A stretch of DNA of 64,000 nt from a virus: positions 12,388 to 76,387 of the IMG/VR virus record IMGVR_UViG_3300044797_000094. One strand, written 5' to 3'. Both the position numbers and the translations under genes were made by a program. This document shows positions 28,346 to 38,412 of the stretch, piece after piece. How positions within the stretch are numbered: the first letter of the stretch is position 1; the number at the start of each line of letters is the position of its first letter. The notes beneath the pieces are model-generated. The model was not told the origin of the DNA. It did no database searches and worked only from the letters and a program-made list of their open reading frames with translations.

Positions 28346-28999
28346 GTGGCACTGACGAATCGCAACTCAGTGAAAAAGCAGGCGAATATCTCGCCTCAAG
28401 ACACGTCGCTCGACCTTCAGATTGACGCCTTCATAGCTGGCGTATCGGGCCGAATCAAACGCCAGTTCAATCGCAACATCGAAACGCAAACGCTGACGGA
28501 ATACTATTCAGGCGACAATTCGCCGATCCTGTTTCTGAAGCAGTTTCCGATCATTTCGGTGGCCTCTGTGATCATTGACGATACATTCTGGTTCGGCCAA
28601 GGGCCAGGTTCAACGCCGCAGGTTCTCGTCCAAGGAACCGATTATACGATCATGGCCGGATACTACGGAATTGGCTCAAGCGGAGCGTTGCGGCGGATCA
28701 ACGGAATGTGGTACGCATGGGATTCGAGACGCTGGGGGCTTGTCTCAAAACAGCCGCCTTTGCCGAACGGCAACATTCAGGTTGTCTATACGGCCGGGCT
28801 TTCGCCTGTTCCTCCGGAAATCGAGATGGCCGTGAATTTGGCGGTCATGAAGATGATTCAAATGAGCCAGACTGGAACCGCGATCGCGAGCAATAATTAT
28901 CAAGACGCGGCGGAATCGTATTTCAGCCCCGAGCTTCAATCGCAGGTATTTGGCTCGATCGAGAATTGTTTGGCTCCGTTTACGATGCCGGTGATTTGA
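28346..28999 (+). CDS. Head-tail connector (gp6-like)
   Basis: FPIISVASV, NIQVVYTAG..VPPEIEMA. Confidence 0.8.
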   Translation: MALTNRNSVKKQANISPQDTSLDLQIDAFIAGVSGRIKRQFNRNIETQTLTEYYSGDNSPILFLKQFPIISVASVIIDDTFWFGQGPGSTPQVLVQGTDYTIMAGYYGIGSSGALRRINGMWYAWDSRRWGLVSKQPPLPNGNIQVVYTAGLSPVPPEIEMAVNLAVMKMIQMSQTGTAIASNNYQDAAESYFSPELQSQVFGSIENCLAPFTMPVI

Positions 29000-29370
29000 T
29001 GATTTCCGCGGAATCTATCGATTGCAGAGTGTTTAATTCGCGTGAGGAATGCGAGTCTCATGGGAAAGACGCGATTCGTTACTATTATGCGGAACACGGC
29101 GATCTGAGCTTTCCCGAAGATGTCACGCACGTATTGATTATGATGCCCGTGACATATGACCAAGCATACGCTGGAAAAGAAATCGTCGCGGAGTTCATTG
29201 GAAAGTTCGTGGAAGTTGGGTGGGCCGTGAGGCATCGCGAGAACGATGGCCAAAGAAACCAATGGGAACTGTCCGGAACGAGAGAGAAGCCGACGCTTTC
29301 GCCGAGTCTGTTCTGGCTTCCTGATGTCTGGCACGGATTTCTGAGAAACGGTCGATTGGAAAGCTGCTGA
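28999..29370 (+). CDS. Hypothetical protein, DUF6527-like C-terminus
   Basis: W..SG..EKPTLSPSL....WHGFLRNG. Confidence 0.55.
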   Translation: MISAESIDCRVFNSREECESHGKDAIRYYYAEHGDLSFPEDVTHVLIMMPVTYDQAYAGKEIVAEFIGKFVEVGWAVRHRENDGQRNQWELSGTREKPTLSPSLFWLPDVWHGFLRNGRLESC

Positions 29371-29371
29371 A

Positions 29372-29989
29372 ATGCTGACTCAACGCCAAGCCCGAAGCCA
29401 TATCCGCCTCGTTCCAGGTCGCGGAGCGGCGACTGTGACGCTTAACCCGGACTTCATGGCCGTTCCGCAGGCAGGCACGATTTCAGCGTCAGGAAGCACG
29501 ATCACAGGAGTTGGAACGGCATTCAAAAGCGGGCCCGTGCCGATCCTGATCGGAAGCGTTTTGGTCGCGAATTCGACGAGCGGCAACCAAAACTACATCT
29601 CTGGAGGAACTAACGTCGTCACGAATGGAACGCTGTTGAACGTCACGGCCGTTTCGTCGGACACAATCATCACCGTCTCGCAGACCGGGCTTTCCTTCAG
29701 CGATGCAAGCTTCTTCGCCAACAATTCAACAATCGTCCAATGCTACAATGCATGGGAAAAACCAATCAGCAGCAGACTCGCGGACTATGGTCGACTCAAG
29801 CTTCAAGGCGACGAAACGTTAATCAACGTTCCCGATTCCGAACTGAATCCGATTCAAAACGGTCGAGAAATCAGGGCCGAAGACTGGATTCAGTGGAATG
29901 GCGTGACATATATTGTGACCGACGCGGGAACGACGGAAAAGACCCTGCATACGGACTGGCAGTGCGTGTGCCGAAAATTAATGTCATGA
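29372..29989 (+). CDS. Putative head-closure protein with inserted beta-rich domain
   Basis: Position after the connector; insert GTISASGSTITGVGTAF. Confidence 0.55.
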   Translation: MLTQRQARSHIRLVPGRGAATVTLNPDFMAVPQAGTISASGSTITGVGTAFKSGPVPILIGSVLVANSTSGNQNYISGGTNVVTNGTLLNVTAVSSDTIITVSQTGLSFSDASFFANNSTIVQCYNAWEKPISSRLADYGRLKLQGDETLINVPDSELNPIQNGREIRAEDWIQWNGVTYIVTDAGTTEKTLHTDWQCVCRKLMS

Positions 29990-30099
29990 GCGGACGAGTC
30001 AAAAATCACGACGATGAGCCAGAATCTCTTTCATCGCTCATTGCCGCTTTCGTTATAGTGGTTGCCCTGTATTTCCTCTTGAAACACTGAAGGAAGTCT

Positions 30100-30576
30100 G
30101 TGCCCGGAATCTCCAACCACTTCGATACGATCACAGTCATCCAGGCCACGATTCAGGCGCTGAACCTGACCGGGTTGAATGGCGGCGTCATTGTGCAGGA
30201 GGTCTCAAATTATCAGGACGGGCAGTCCGTACTGCCGTTCGTCTCGATCTGCCCATACGGCCCGGAGGTCATGGGCGATGAGCTGAATGACCGAGACGGC
30301 GTTTACTACGGAACGGCCGTGTTCATTATCGCACAACCACAGGTGACGTCTCTTGAGCAACGTTTGGGCTGGCGTCAATCGATTCGCAGAAATCTGCACA
30401 ATCAAGCGATTAGCGACCTGATCGCGAAATATTCTCTGCCGAATCCGGCAATGCCGATGAATTATCAACTCCTCGTCGAACCGGGAGCGGTCGTCGAACC
30501 GAAAGCGTGGCTTGAACGGAAGGCGTTTGTGAGCGGCATGATCATTCGGGCGAAGTTCCAGGAGCCACGGCAATGA
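30100..30576 (+). CDS. Putative tail terminator
   Basis: Position; LPFVSI-type motif. Confidence 0.5.
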   Translation: MPGISNHFDTITVIQATIQALNLTGLNGGVIVQEVSNYQDGQSVLPFVSICPYGPEVMGDELNDRDGVYYGTAVFIIAQPQVTSLEQRLGWRQSIRRNLHNQAISDLIAKYSLPNPAMPMNYQLLVEPGAVVEPKAWLERKAFVSGMIIRAKFQEPRQ

Positions 30577-31013
30577 TCCAAGAATCGCAAGCCATCCTCG
30601 TCGAACTCGAATCGCAAGTCCGCAATATGGACTATTTCGACGTCCTGACGGCATTTCAGGAAACCATCGCGGAAGGCGAAGCGGAAGCGTTTCACGAAGA
30701 AAGAGAGCCTGGCGGAAGCCCGTGGGCTCCGTTGGCTCCGTCGACTGTTAAGAAAAAGGGCCACAACATTATTCTGTTCGAAACAGGGACGTTATTGGGA
30801 TCTCTGGTGACGGTTGGCGGACCTGGAAACGTGAGTGCTGTCTCGTCTCGCGGATCGATTTTCGGCACCGACGTTCCCTACGCGATTTTCCACGATCAAG
30901 GCACGTCAAAAATGCCAGCAAGGCCGCCTGTCGGAATTTCCGAGGAGCGTGTAGACTTACTCGCCGAGCGGATCGCGGACGAAACAGTGAGACAATTGGC
31001 CAGCGGGAGATGA
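30573..31013 (+). CDS. Phage virion morphogenesis protein (Mu gpG-like)
   Basis: WAPLAPST, LFETGTL, GTDVPYAIFHDQG, MPARP. Confidence 0.85.
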   Translation: MIQESQAILVELESQVRNMDYFDVLTAFQETIAEGEAEAFHEEREPGGSPWAPLAPSTVKKKGHNIILFETGTLLGSLVTVGGPGNVSAVSSRGSIFGTDVPYAIFHDQGTSKMPARPPVGISEERVDLLAERIADETVRQLASGR

Positions 31014-31016
31014 TCG

Positions 31017-31544
31017 ATGCATATCAATGCGTGTCACCTGATCCACAAGGTCAATGCGGATGGAGTCGAGGGATTTGAGGTTACCGTCTTTCGCTGGGTC
31101 GGTCACAGCGACAATACGCAAGTGGCCCCGTCGCATCTTGAGAAAGTCGCGAAAGGGCCGTTCTATTCGATTCCCGAGGCGAAGCGCTACGCGAAGTCAT
31201 GGAAGGATGCGAAGTCGCCCCCTCCAATGGAAGTCCATCCAACGCTGACGGTCAACGGATGCCTGGTGGAAACGAAGGAAGATGAACGAGCGATTGATGG
31301 GGTCGTGACGATTGTGTCACGCTCGGTGGAAGTGCCTAGCGAAGCGAATGCGGACAATCCGAATCCCGGGCCGACGACGATGAAGGTTGAGCGTGGATTA
31401 TTTGAGCGGATGAAAGACGCGGTTGACTTCGCCCATTCATGGAGCGACATTGAAACCCCTCCTCCAATGCCGGCTGAAGGAATTCTTTCAGAACCCGTCG
31501 TCGAGGAAGCATCAAGCTCCGCGGAAGAATCGAAGGTGGCCTGA
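31017..31544 (+). CDS. Hypothetical protein with internal duplication
   Basis: Two copies of G.F....A..(Y/F)A.SW.D...PPPM. Confidence 0.6.
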   Translation: MHINACHLIHKVNADGVEGFEVTVFRWVGHSDNTQVAPSHLEKVAKGPFYSIPEAKRYAKSWKDAKSPPPMEVHPTLTVNGCLVETKEDERAIDGVVTIVSRSVEVPSEANADNPNPGPTTMKVERGLFERMKDAVDFAHSWSDIETPPPMPAEGILSEPVVEEASSSAEESKVA

Positions 31545-31999
31545 TGTCCTTCAAAAATCTCCGACTACCAATGATTGAAGATGGTCGCACGGTTCTGCGA
31601 ACGAAAGCGGAATTGAAGGCCGACCAACCGACAGTCGGCGGAATGGATGGCTTTGATTCGGCAAAAATCCAAGCGTCAAAAGAAGCATGGGACGCGACAA
31701 AACGAGCGAACAAGCTGACATTGCGAGCCACGGCTGGAACCGGCAAAATTGCGGCGAGATCGAAAGACATCAAAGGGCAGCCGATGACTCAAGGATCGGC
31801 GCTGGGGCTTGATGACGCCGCAATGATGCATCTGGAAGCCGCGAATGAGCATGGGGCGTGCGCCGACATGCACGACGATTCAGGAATCAGCGGCGGTGGA
31901 TCTGCAATGGCGGAATTGCATGACGATGCGGCGGAAGCTCACAGGGCGGCTCAAGCGGCCCACGAGTTCGCGGCGAAAGCGATGACAGCGAAGAAATGA
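31544..31999 (+). CDS. Hypothetical protein, His/Ala-rich C-terminus
   Basis: HxxAAxxH repeats. Confidence 0.55.
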   Translation: MSFKNLRLPMIEDGRTVLRTKAELKADQPTVGGMDGFDSAKIQASKEAWDATKRANKLTLRATAGTGKIAARSKDIKGQPMTQGSALGLDDAAMMHLEAANEHGACADMHDDSGISGGGSAMAELHDDAAEAHRAAQAAHEFAAKAMTAKK

Positions 32000-32051
32000 G
32001 TCGCAAAGCGATGAAAACATCGCAGAGGGACGTAGGATAAGGAGTTGACTC

Positions 32052-32915
32052 GTGACAGAGCAGATGGGCTACAGATCGAGGATGACTATCGGCGGCACGC
32101 TCGTCGAATTCGTCTCCGAGTCGATCAAGGAAGTCATTGAAATCGTGCAGGACGATGGTTTGCGTGGCACGAGAACACGTCAGATGGAACGGCTCGCTCA
32201 GGGTCTTATCCATGTCGCCGGTGATATCGTAATGAATCCGACGCCCGTTGAGCTGGAAGCGGTTCTCTGGCCGGCGCTGAACTCCGCAACCGCCACATAC
32301 ACGCTCACTGATTCGCTTTCGGATCTTACCGTCGTCGTCGACAACGGAACGGCGACATACACGTATGTGCTTCGCGTCAATGTGATGACGTACGAAGGTG
32401 CTCCCGGCGAGAAAATGAAGTTGACGCTCAGTTGCGTCGGCAAGACTCTGGCGATCACTTCTGGCGGGTCTCTATCGGGCGCTCCGGATGTCACGAATCG
32501 CGAATTCATGTTCTCGGATCTCGGTTCAGGCGTAACGATTGGCGGCACAGCGTACTCAATCGACCGTTTCATCTTGCGATTCGACAACAAGATCATTCCG
32601 ACATACATGCAAGGCCAATCGGCGACGGACCTGGAGCCCACAGACCGAGTCATCACGCTCGGACTGCAAACAAAATACACGTCAACCGAAGCGGGTCTCT
32701 TGACGGCGAATCGAAGCCAGCCGGCGATAGGAAGCGCCATTACTGGGAGCCTTGCGTTCACGAACGGATCGGATTCATTGGCGTTTACGATGGCCGCATT
32801 GGTCGCGACTTCCGAAAGCGTTACCGTGCCTGGAAGGCAGCATTTGCGTCTGCCATTAAATTATCAGGTGTTCGGTTTAAGTAGCGTTAAGGAAGTGGTT
32901 ACGACCATCAATTGA
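32052..32915 (+). CDS. Tail tube (major tail) protein
   Basis: TAAGGAG RBS; Thr-rich beta protein with GLRGTR, upstream of the chaperone and tape measure genes. Confidence 0.7.
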   Translation: MTEQMGYRSRMTIGGTLVEFVSESIKEVIEIVQDDGLRGTRTRQMERLAQGLIHVAGDIVMNPTPVELEAVLWPALNSATATYTLTDSLSDLTVVVDNGTATYTYVLRVNVMTYEGAPGEKMKLTLSCVGKTLAITSGGSLSGAPDVTNREFMFSDLGSGVTIGGTAYSIDRFILRFDNKIIPTYMQGQSATDLEPTDRVITLGLQTKYTSTEAGLLTANRSQPAIGSAITGSLAFTNGSDSLAFTMAALVATSESVTVPGRQHLRLPLNYQVFGLSSVKEVVTTIN

Positions 32916-32925
32916 TCGACAGTCG

Positions 32926-33162
32926 TTATTGCCTCTTGATATCTTTTTCGAACACGGTCATCGACACCTGTCCGAACTCAAGAGCGTCGACCAATCGATT
33001 GTGTGCTATCGCCAGGTCGAACACACAACTTGCGAGCAGCTTTTCGAGCGTCGTTGAATGCGGATCGTTAAATACGATCTTCGCGTTGTCGAACACGTGC
33101 GGATCAACGTGCTTGCAGCAGGCTTCAAGTTGAAAATGAAGCTTTTCGGAATCGTTGGACAT
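32926..33162 (-). CDS. Hypothetical protein inserted antisense in the tail operon
   Basis: GGAGG RBS; fills the intergenic gap. Confidence 0.5.
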   Translation of the reverse strand: MSNDSEKLHFQLEACCKHVDPHVFDNAKIVFNDPHSTTLEKLLASCVFDLAIAHNRLVDALEFGQVSMTVFEKDIKRQ

Positions 33163-33219
33163 TGTGTGCCTCCGATTCGAATCCTATCAAAACAGTCAAC
33201 AATTTAGAAGAAGGAGCCT

Positions 33220-33645
33220 ATGAACAGCGGATATATCCCAGATGGCTACACGCGGCATGATGGATTCGTGAAGGCGTCCGAGGCGAACGAAGCGGGCCAA
33301 CGGCTCTGGGGCGATCTTGAATTCACCTATCGCCCGGCGGCGAGATCAGAGAATGTCCGGCACGACGCGGAGGTCGCGATTGCGTTGCGGGACGAATTCA
33401 AAGATCCGTCCTGCGCCGAGAAGGCTGAAAAGCTCGCCTGCGAATTCGTGGCCAAGAAAATCGTGACATGGACCATGAAAGACTCATTTGAGCAGCCTGT
33501 GGCATGCACTGCGGCGACGTGCGCGAGGATCAATGCGGGCCTGTTCCATCGCGTCTACTCGATCATTCGCGGAAGCCAGTTGAGCGACGTCAAGCCGGGC
33601 CAGGAGACGCCCGTCGAATCTAAGGAAGAGATGCAAAAAAACTGA
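33220..33645 (+). CDS. Tail assembly chaperone (G)
   Basis: Position; ends in slippery A AAA AAC TGA. Confidence 0.75.
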   Translation: MNSGYIPDGYTRHDGFVKASEANEAGQRLWGDLEFTYRPAARSENVRHDAEVAIALRDEFKDPSCAEKAEKLACEFVAKKIVTWTMKDSFEQPVACTAATCARINAGLFHRVYSIIRGSQLSDVKPGQETPVESKEEMQKN

Positions 33646-33998
33646 GGGAGGGTATCTGGCTGTTGCTGAGATACCCGAAGGTCGCTACCCGAGATTGTGC
33701 CGTTTGTAAGATCTACGGTTTCGACGAGAATACCGGCCTGATGGAGCTTCTGAGGGATGGTGAGCCAGCGAAGAGGTTGCGGGCGAACCCGGCCCCGTGC
33801 GTGACGCGAATTGGTTGCATGAAAGGGACATGGGAAAGGCCGATCGAACTGAGCGATTCGAATCAACTGTGCTATGAGCATTATTTGGAATGTCGAGCGG
33901 TCGGAGTCTTTCCAGATGATCCGCTCGTAAAAGAAAATGCGGCGGTCATTCGGTCAATTGAGGATCGGCTTGAACGATCAGAGCGGCGAGAGTTCTAA
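33642..33998 (+). CDS. -1 frameshift extension of the tail chaperone (GT)
   Basis: The -1 frame is open from the slippery site to 33998. Confidence 0.7.
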   Translation: MREGIWLLLRYPKVATRDCAVCKIYGFDENTGLMELLRDGEPAKRLRANPAPCVTRIGCMKGTWERPIELSDSNQLCYEHYLECRAVGVFPDDPLVKENAAVIRSIEDRLERSERREF

Positions 33999-34027
33999 TC
34001 GACCATCATCGGACTTGCGGGGCTGAG

Positions 34028-36427
34028 ATGACGACGATACGAGAAGTTGTCGTAAAAGTGAATGTGGAGGCGGGGAGTGTGTCTCTCAATGCCGTGCAAG
34101 ATCACATTCAAGCTTGCGTCGACGCGGCGCAGAAGCAGTTGTCGGATATTGGATCGTTTCAAAACACATCATCGTTTCCAGGTCCGGTCGTCGGTGGACT
34201 GAATTTTGGCGGCGGTCGGCCACGTCGACGCGGAGTCATGCAATTGACTCATCCGGGCGGTGACAATACCGTCAGCGAATCCGACGAACGCATGATGCGT
34301 GGAGAAGCCGTCAGCATGTTCGAGCGGCAAGATAGAATTGCTTCGCTCCACACGACACGCGACGCGATGAAGCGCGGCGACGAAACAGCGAAGGCACAAG
34401 CCAAGGGCGCGAAAGAGGCGGCGGATGCGACTGAGGCCGCAAATCAGTCAATGATCAAGCTCAGCAAAGGGCTCGCCCAGGTCGCGGCGTCAGCGTCCAG
34501 CACAAATGCGGAGCTTGTCCGATCAATCGTTGTTATTGAGGGGCTGGCGAATGCGGCGGGGGGATCTAAAGCCGGCGTCATCGCATCAATCGGAGCACAG
34601 ATCGTTCAGATCGGCGCGGACGTCGCGAACATCTTCAACGATGCATATCTGCGTGAGGAAGAAATCCGGCACGTCCGCAGCAGGAATGTCGCCGCAACGC
34701 AGTCGATGATGTCGCGTCACGCGGAAGCTCAGTACAGCATTGAGTTGCAGCGCCACATGACGATGGCGATGCAACATCCGACGCTGGAGACCGAAAGATA
34801 TGTCCCGTGGGCGATGAAGCAGCGAATCTCCTACGCCGCGATGAAGTCGTCCTTGAACTCTGACGGTGGAAGCTCTCCCGAAACGCGGGGGCATTTGCGC
34901 CATACTCTGGAAATTGAGCAATCTGGCATCGACGAAATGACGCAACAGGAGGGCCATATTCGCGGGCTCCTGGAGAAGAAATCGCTTCTTGACGCCACGC
35001 CGCAAAACTGGGATGAGCGTCGTGCGGGCGTCATTGAGAAGCACAAAAAAGAGCGGGAGGAAATCAAGCGGCGAATCAAGGAAATCCACGACATGCCGGA
35101 CACGGGAGCGCTCGGCAATTTGGCCGCATGGACATCGTCTACGGCCGTCGGTGCGTATAAGGGCGTCGTTGACACTGGTCCACAGGCGCTCCGGAGTCCA
35201 CTTCAGACTCTCAGATTGGGACAAGAAAAGGAAAAGGCGGCAAAAAGCCACTTAGACGAAGAGCGGGAACTCAACAAAATCGAGGAAGAAAAGAAGTCCT
35301 ATCTGGAACAACAAGCAAGACTGCACGAAGACATCTTGAATAAGCTGAACAATGAGCACAAAACAGGCATTCAGATCAAGCAAAACTTCGCCGACAATGT
35401 GCGGTCGCTCAAGGACGCGAAGGACAGCATGCTGGCGCATATTGGCGGCATGGCCCCAGGCCAGCAGTTGCAGGCGATGAATGCACTGAAGCTAAATAAG
35501 CAACTCGCGCAGGCATTTAAAGACCGCGATGCCGGTAAGATGGTTCCAATTCCTGGAGCGGCGGCGAGAAACGCCGCGAAGAAAGCGGCCGCCGACAAGG
35601 AAGCGAGACTCGCCAAGGTTGCGGCGGAGAATGCGGCGGCTCGGCCTAAGAAGGAGATGCCAAACGAGAGAAGCGCCCGACTCGATAAGATCAAATCCGA
35701 TGCCACCGCGAAACGGAAAGCGCAAGAAAACGAACGCCTGGATCGCAATGCGATCGCGAAATTTAAAAAGGCGGAGAAGACATTTACGCGTGCGCAATAT
35801 CTCGCGATCGATAGAAATTCCGCAGCCATGAATAAGAAAGGCGCCTCGATACACGAGAAGGTCGAGGCTGCTCAAAAACTTTTTCCAGAAGCATTTGCCG
35901 TCAAGAATCGCACTCCCGCCGACATCATGAACAAGAGCAAAGCGAATGCTCGTGCCAAAAAAGAGCGCGTCGGAGAACACGAGAAGGAACAGGCATCGGC
36001 CGAAGCGATCACGCCGAAGCCAATTGAGTACGAACCGGAAATGCAATTGACGCCTCGTCCGTATGTGGCCCCATTCCAAAAGGAGCGGATTCAGGCCGCT
36101 GGCGGTTCTGATGAATTAAGAAGGTTGAACATAGAAGAGGCTAAGGAAAAGGGAGCCGAGGATTTAATCCCCGAGGAGCACGACAAGGCGATTGAAGACG
36201 CGAAGGCCAAAGAAAAATCCGGTGGAGCATTCATTGACTCTCTCACGGCCGCCGCCGAAAAACTGGCGCCTGAGATTGCGAAGCGGAATGAAAAGATCGC
36301 AGGCCAGATTGTCGAGGTGTTTTCGAAACTGTTCGGCGGAATGGCCGCGATAGACAAGGCTCTTCAGCGAGTTGAACAGCAGAAAATAGACACCGATACC
36401 TCCGTCATCATGAGGCAGAATCAGTAA
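34028..36427 (+). CDS. Tape-measure-like protein
   Basis: 799 aa, Ala/Lys-rich and helical, after G/GT. Confidence 0.7.
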   Translation: MTTIREVVVKVNVEAGSVSLNAVQDHIQACVDAAQKQLSDIGSFQNTSSFPGPVVGGLNFGGGRPRRRGVMQLTHPGGDNTVSESDERMMRGEAVSMFERQDRIASLHTTRDAMKRGDETAKAQAKGAKEAADATEAANQSMIKLSKGLAQVAASASSTNAELVRSIVVIEGLANAAGGSKAGVIASIGAQIVQIGADVANIFNDAYLREEEIRHVRSRNVAATQSMMSRHAEAQYSIELQRHMTMAMQHPTLETERYVPWAMKQRISYAAMKSSLNSDGGSSPETRGHLRHTLEIEQSGIDEMTQQEGHIRGLLEKKSLLDATPQNWDERRAGVIEKHKKEREEIKRRIKEIHDMPDTGALGNLAAWTSSTAVGAYKGVVDTGPQALRSPLQTLRLGQEKEKAAKSHLDEERELNKIEEEKKSYLEQQARLHEDILNKLNNEHKTGIQIKQNFADNVRSLKDAKDSMLAHIGGMAPGQQLQAMNALKLNKQLAQAFKDRDAGKMVPIPGAAARNAAKKAAADKEARLAKVAAENAAARPKKEMPNERSARLDKIKSDATAKRKAQENERLDRNAIAKFKKAEKTFTRAQYLAIDRNSAAMNKKGASIHEKVEAAQKLFPEAFAVKNRTPADIMNKSKANARAKKERVGEHEKEQASAEAITPKPIEYEPEMQLTPRPYVAPFQKERIQAAGGSDELRRLNIEEAKEKGAEDLIPEEHDKAIEDAKAKEKSGGAFIDSLTAAAEKLAPEIAKRNEKIAGQIVEVFSKLFGGMAAIDKALQRVEQQKIDTDTSVIMRQNQ

Positions 36428-36429
36428 TC

Positions 36430-37146
36430 ATGCAATTTTTCTATGGGGGATTCACGCACGCCGACAATGAGGTCGCCTACGACTCGATTCAGAAGGCGTT
36501 CATCCGCGGAGCGACTCAGAGAGCCCACTTGCTGCATGTTGTGTGGAATCTGCGTGGAAAGCTGCTCGGCACGCAATCATCGATCTTCTCTCAATACAAC
36601 ACTCTTTTGCTGGCCTATCAACAGGATGGGTTTAGTGCTGGATTCAATGGAACTCCATTCACGATCAATGGCCAGCAGGCAATCGGCGGGTGCCGAGTCG
36701 TGAGTCCGATCAGTCACGGCGACTTGGGCGGCGCAGAGATGGTGACGTACCTGAAATACACTTTCGCTCTCGAAGCGGATTTCATGTGGGCGTCGCCGAC
36801 AGATCCACTTTCATTTCAGGAGACAACGACGTTCACGGACAACTATGGTTTTCCGATGTATATTGAACTTCTGCCAGTTTCCGGATTGCCGATACTCCAG
36901 CAGGTCACGGATTCATCGTGGTATTTCGGAACGCAATCGGGAAGCCTGACGCAAGCCGGTCCGGGGCCGGTTCCAATGCCACCGCTATTTCCGGGTAATT
37001 TGAGGACGTCGGCAGGCGCGGCCAGAACGCTGAGTTGGGGAAGCCCGAAGATGATCAGAGGAAATCCGATCGAGTATTCCGTGAACTGGCGGTACGAATA
37101 TATTTCGAGTTTGCCATTTCAAGCGTACCCGAACCAAGTAGGATAA
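36430..37146 (+). CDS. Putative distal tail protein
   Basis: Position after the tape measure gene. Confidence 0.5.
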   Translation: MQFFYGGFTHADNEVAYDSIQKAFIRGATQRAHLLHVVWNLRGKLLGTQSSIFSQYNTLLLAYQQDGFSAGFNGTPFTINGQQAIGGCRVVSPISHGDLGGAEMVTYLKYTFALEADFMWASPTDPLSFQETTTFTDNYGFPMYIELLPVSGLPILQQVTDSSWYFGTQSGSLTQAGPGPVPMPPLFPGNLRTSAGAARTLSWGSPKMIRGNPIEYSVNWRYEYISSLPFQAYPNQVG

Positions 37147-37154
37147 TGAGTTAA

Positions 37155-38396
37155 ATGTCAAGCAAGCAATGGGTCGGAAATGCCGCCGCGGTCTTGGACG
37201 TCTGGGTCATAAGTCTCTCAGGCACCGTCACAAGCCAAACCTACAGCGTCACAATCAACAGCAAGTCCATTACGTATGTGGCCGGGAGCGGCGATACGGT
37301 GGCGACGATCCTCGCGGGGCTTGTCACTGCGTGGCAAAACCTTCAGATTCCGCCTCCGGTCGAATTCAGTGAATTGACTCCAGTGGTGTCCGGTACAACG
37401 ATCGTCGCCACGGCGAATGCGGCTGGAAATCCATGCGTGATTTCAGTGTCAACGGGCGGTAGTGCGACGTTCACAATCGCGCACACACAATCGGCGACAG
37501 GACCGAACGATTTCGCGAACGCTCAAAACTGGGTTGGGGGCGTCGCACCGGCCAATGGCGACACCCTGATCTTCGACAACGGATCAACAAGCTGCCTGTT
37601 CGGACTCTCGACATCGCTGACGGGAATCACCGTGAACGTCAATCCGGGATTTTCCGGAAACATCGGGCTGCCGATCATCAACAGCAATAACAGCACTCCG
37701 TACGCGGAATATCGAACTCGGGCATTGACGTTGACCGGTGGGACGGCGGTCATAAATTCCGGTTCACTTTCTCGGTGCAATCTGGCATTCGGATCGACGG
37801 CCGCCACGGTGCGGGCTCAGCAGACGGGCAGGCGAATCGACGCGAATACGCCCGTCGTGTTGATCACGGGTGGAGCGAGCGGAAGTCAACTGGATGTCAG
37901 TAAAGGGGATGTCGGAGTTGCGTTCTATCAGACCGATACAGCGAACTTCCCGACGATCCTGACGACGTATATCAGCAATGCATTGACCGACGTGACGCTC
38001 TACTGCGGACCAGGGGCGACTCTGGGAACGATCACCGCCAATGGCGGGAACATGACGATCAACAGCAATGTGACGACATTGACGATGGGGACCGGAGGCG
38101 GAATTCTTCTCATCAACGCGGGTGCCGTCACAACACTGACGGCCGACAATGGGACGATCCTATACAACTCGACCGGCACTCTTGGAACATGCATTCTCGC
38201 CGGAAACGCGACCCTTTCATTCGATCAAGATCCGAGAGCCAAGACGTTAACTAATCCTATCGAAGTCTACGGAAACTCCGCGATCGTCGCGGACAACAAT
38301 AAAGTCGTAAATTCCGGAACTCTGAGCGTTACGACTTACCTCACGACGGCAATTAATGTTCAGCACGGTGCTGGATCGGCCATGACGTTCACGTGA
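37155..38396 (+). CDS. Virion structural protein, G/T/S/N-rich beta-helix-like
   Basis: Composition; NAQNWVGGVAP.NGDTL motif. Confidence 0.6.
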   Translation: MSSKQWVGNAAAVLDVWVISLSGTVTSQTYSVTINSKSITYVAGSGDTVATILAGLVTAWQNLQIPPPVEFSELTPVVSGTTIVATANAAGNPCVISVSTGGSATFTIAHTQSATGPNDFANAQNWVGGVAPANGDTLIFDNGSTSCLFGLSTSLTGITVNVNPGFSGNIGLPIINSNNSTPYAEYRTRALTLTGGTAVINSGSLSRCNLAFGSTAATVRAQQTGRRIDANTPVVLITGGASGSQLDVSKGDVGVAFYQTDTANFPTILTTYISNALTDVTLYCGPGATLGTITANGGNMTINSNVTTLTMGTGGGILLINAGAVTTLTADNGTILYNSTGTLGTCILAGNATLSFDQDPRAKTLTNPIEVYGNSAIVADNNKVVNSGTLSVTTYLTTAINVQHGAGSAMTFT

Positions 38397-38412
38397 TACG
38401 ATGGCATGAATA

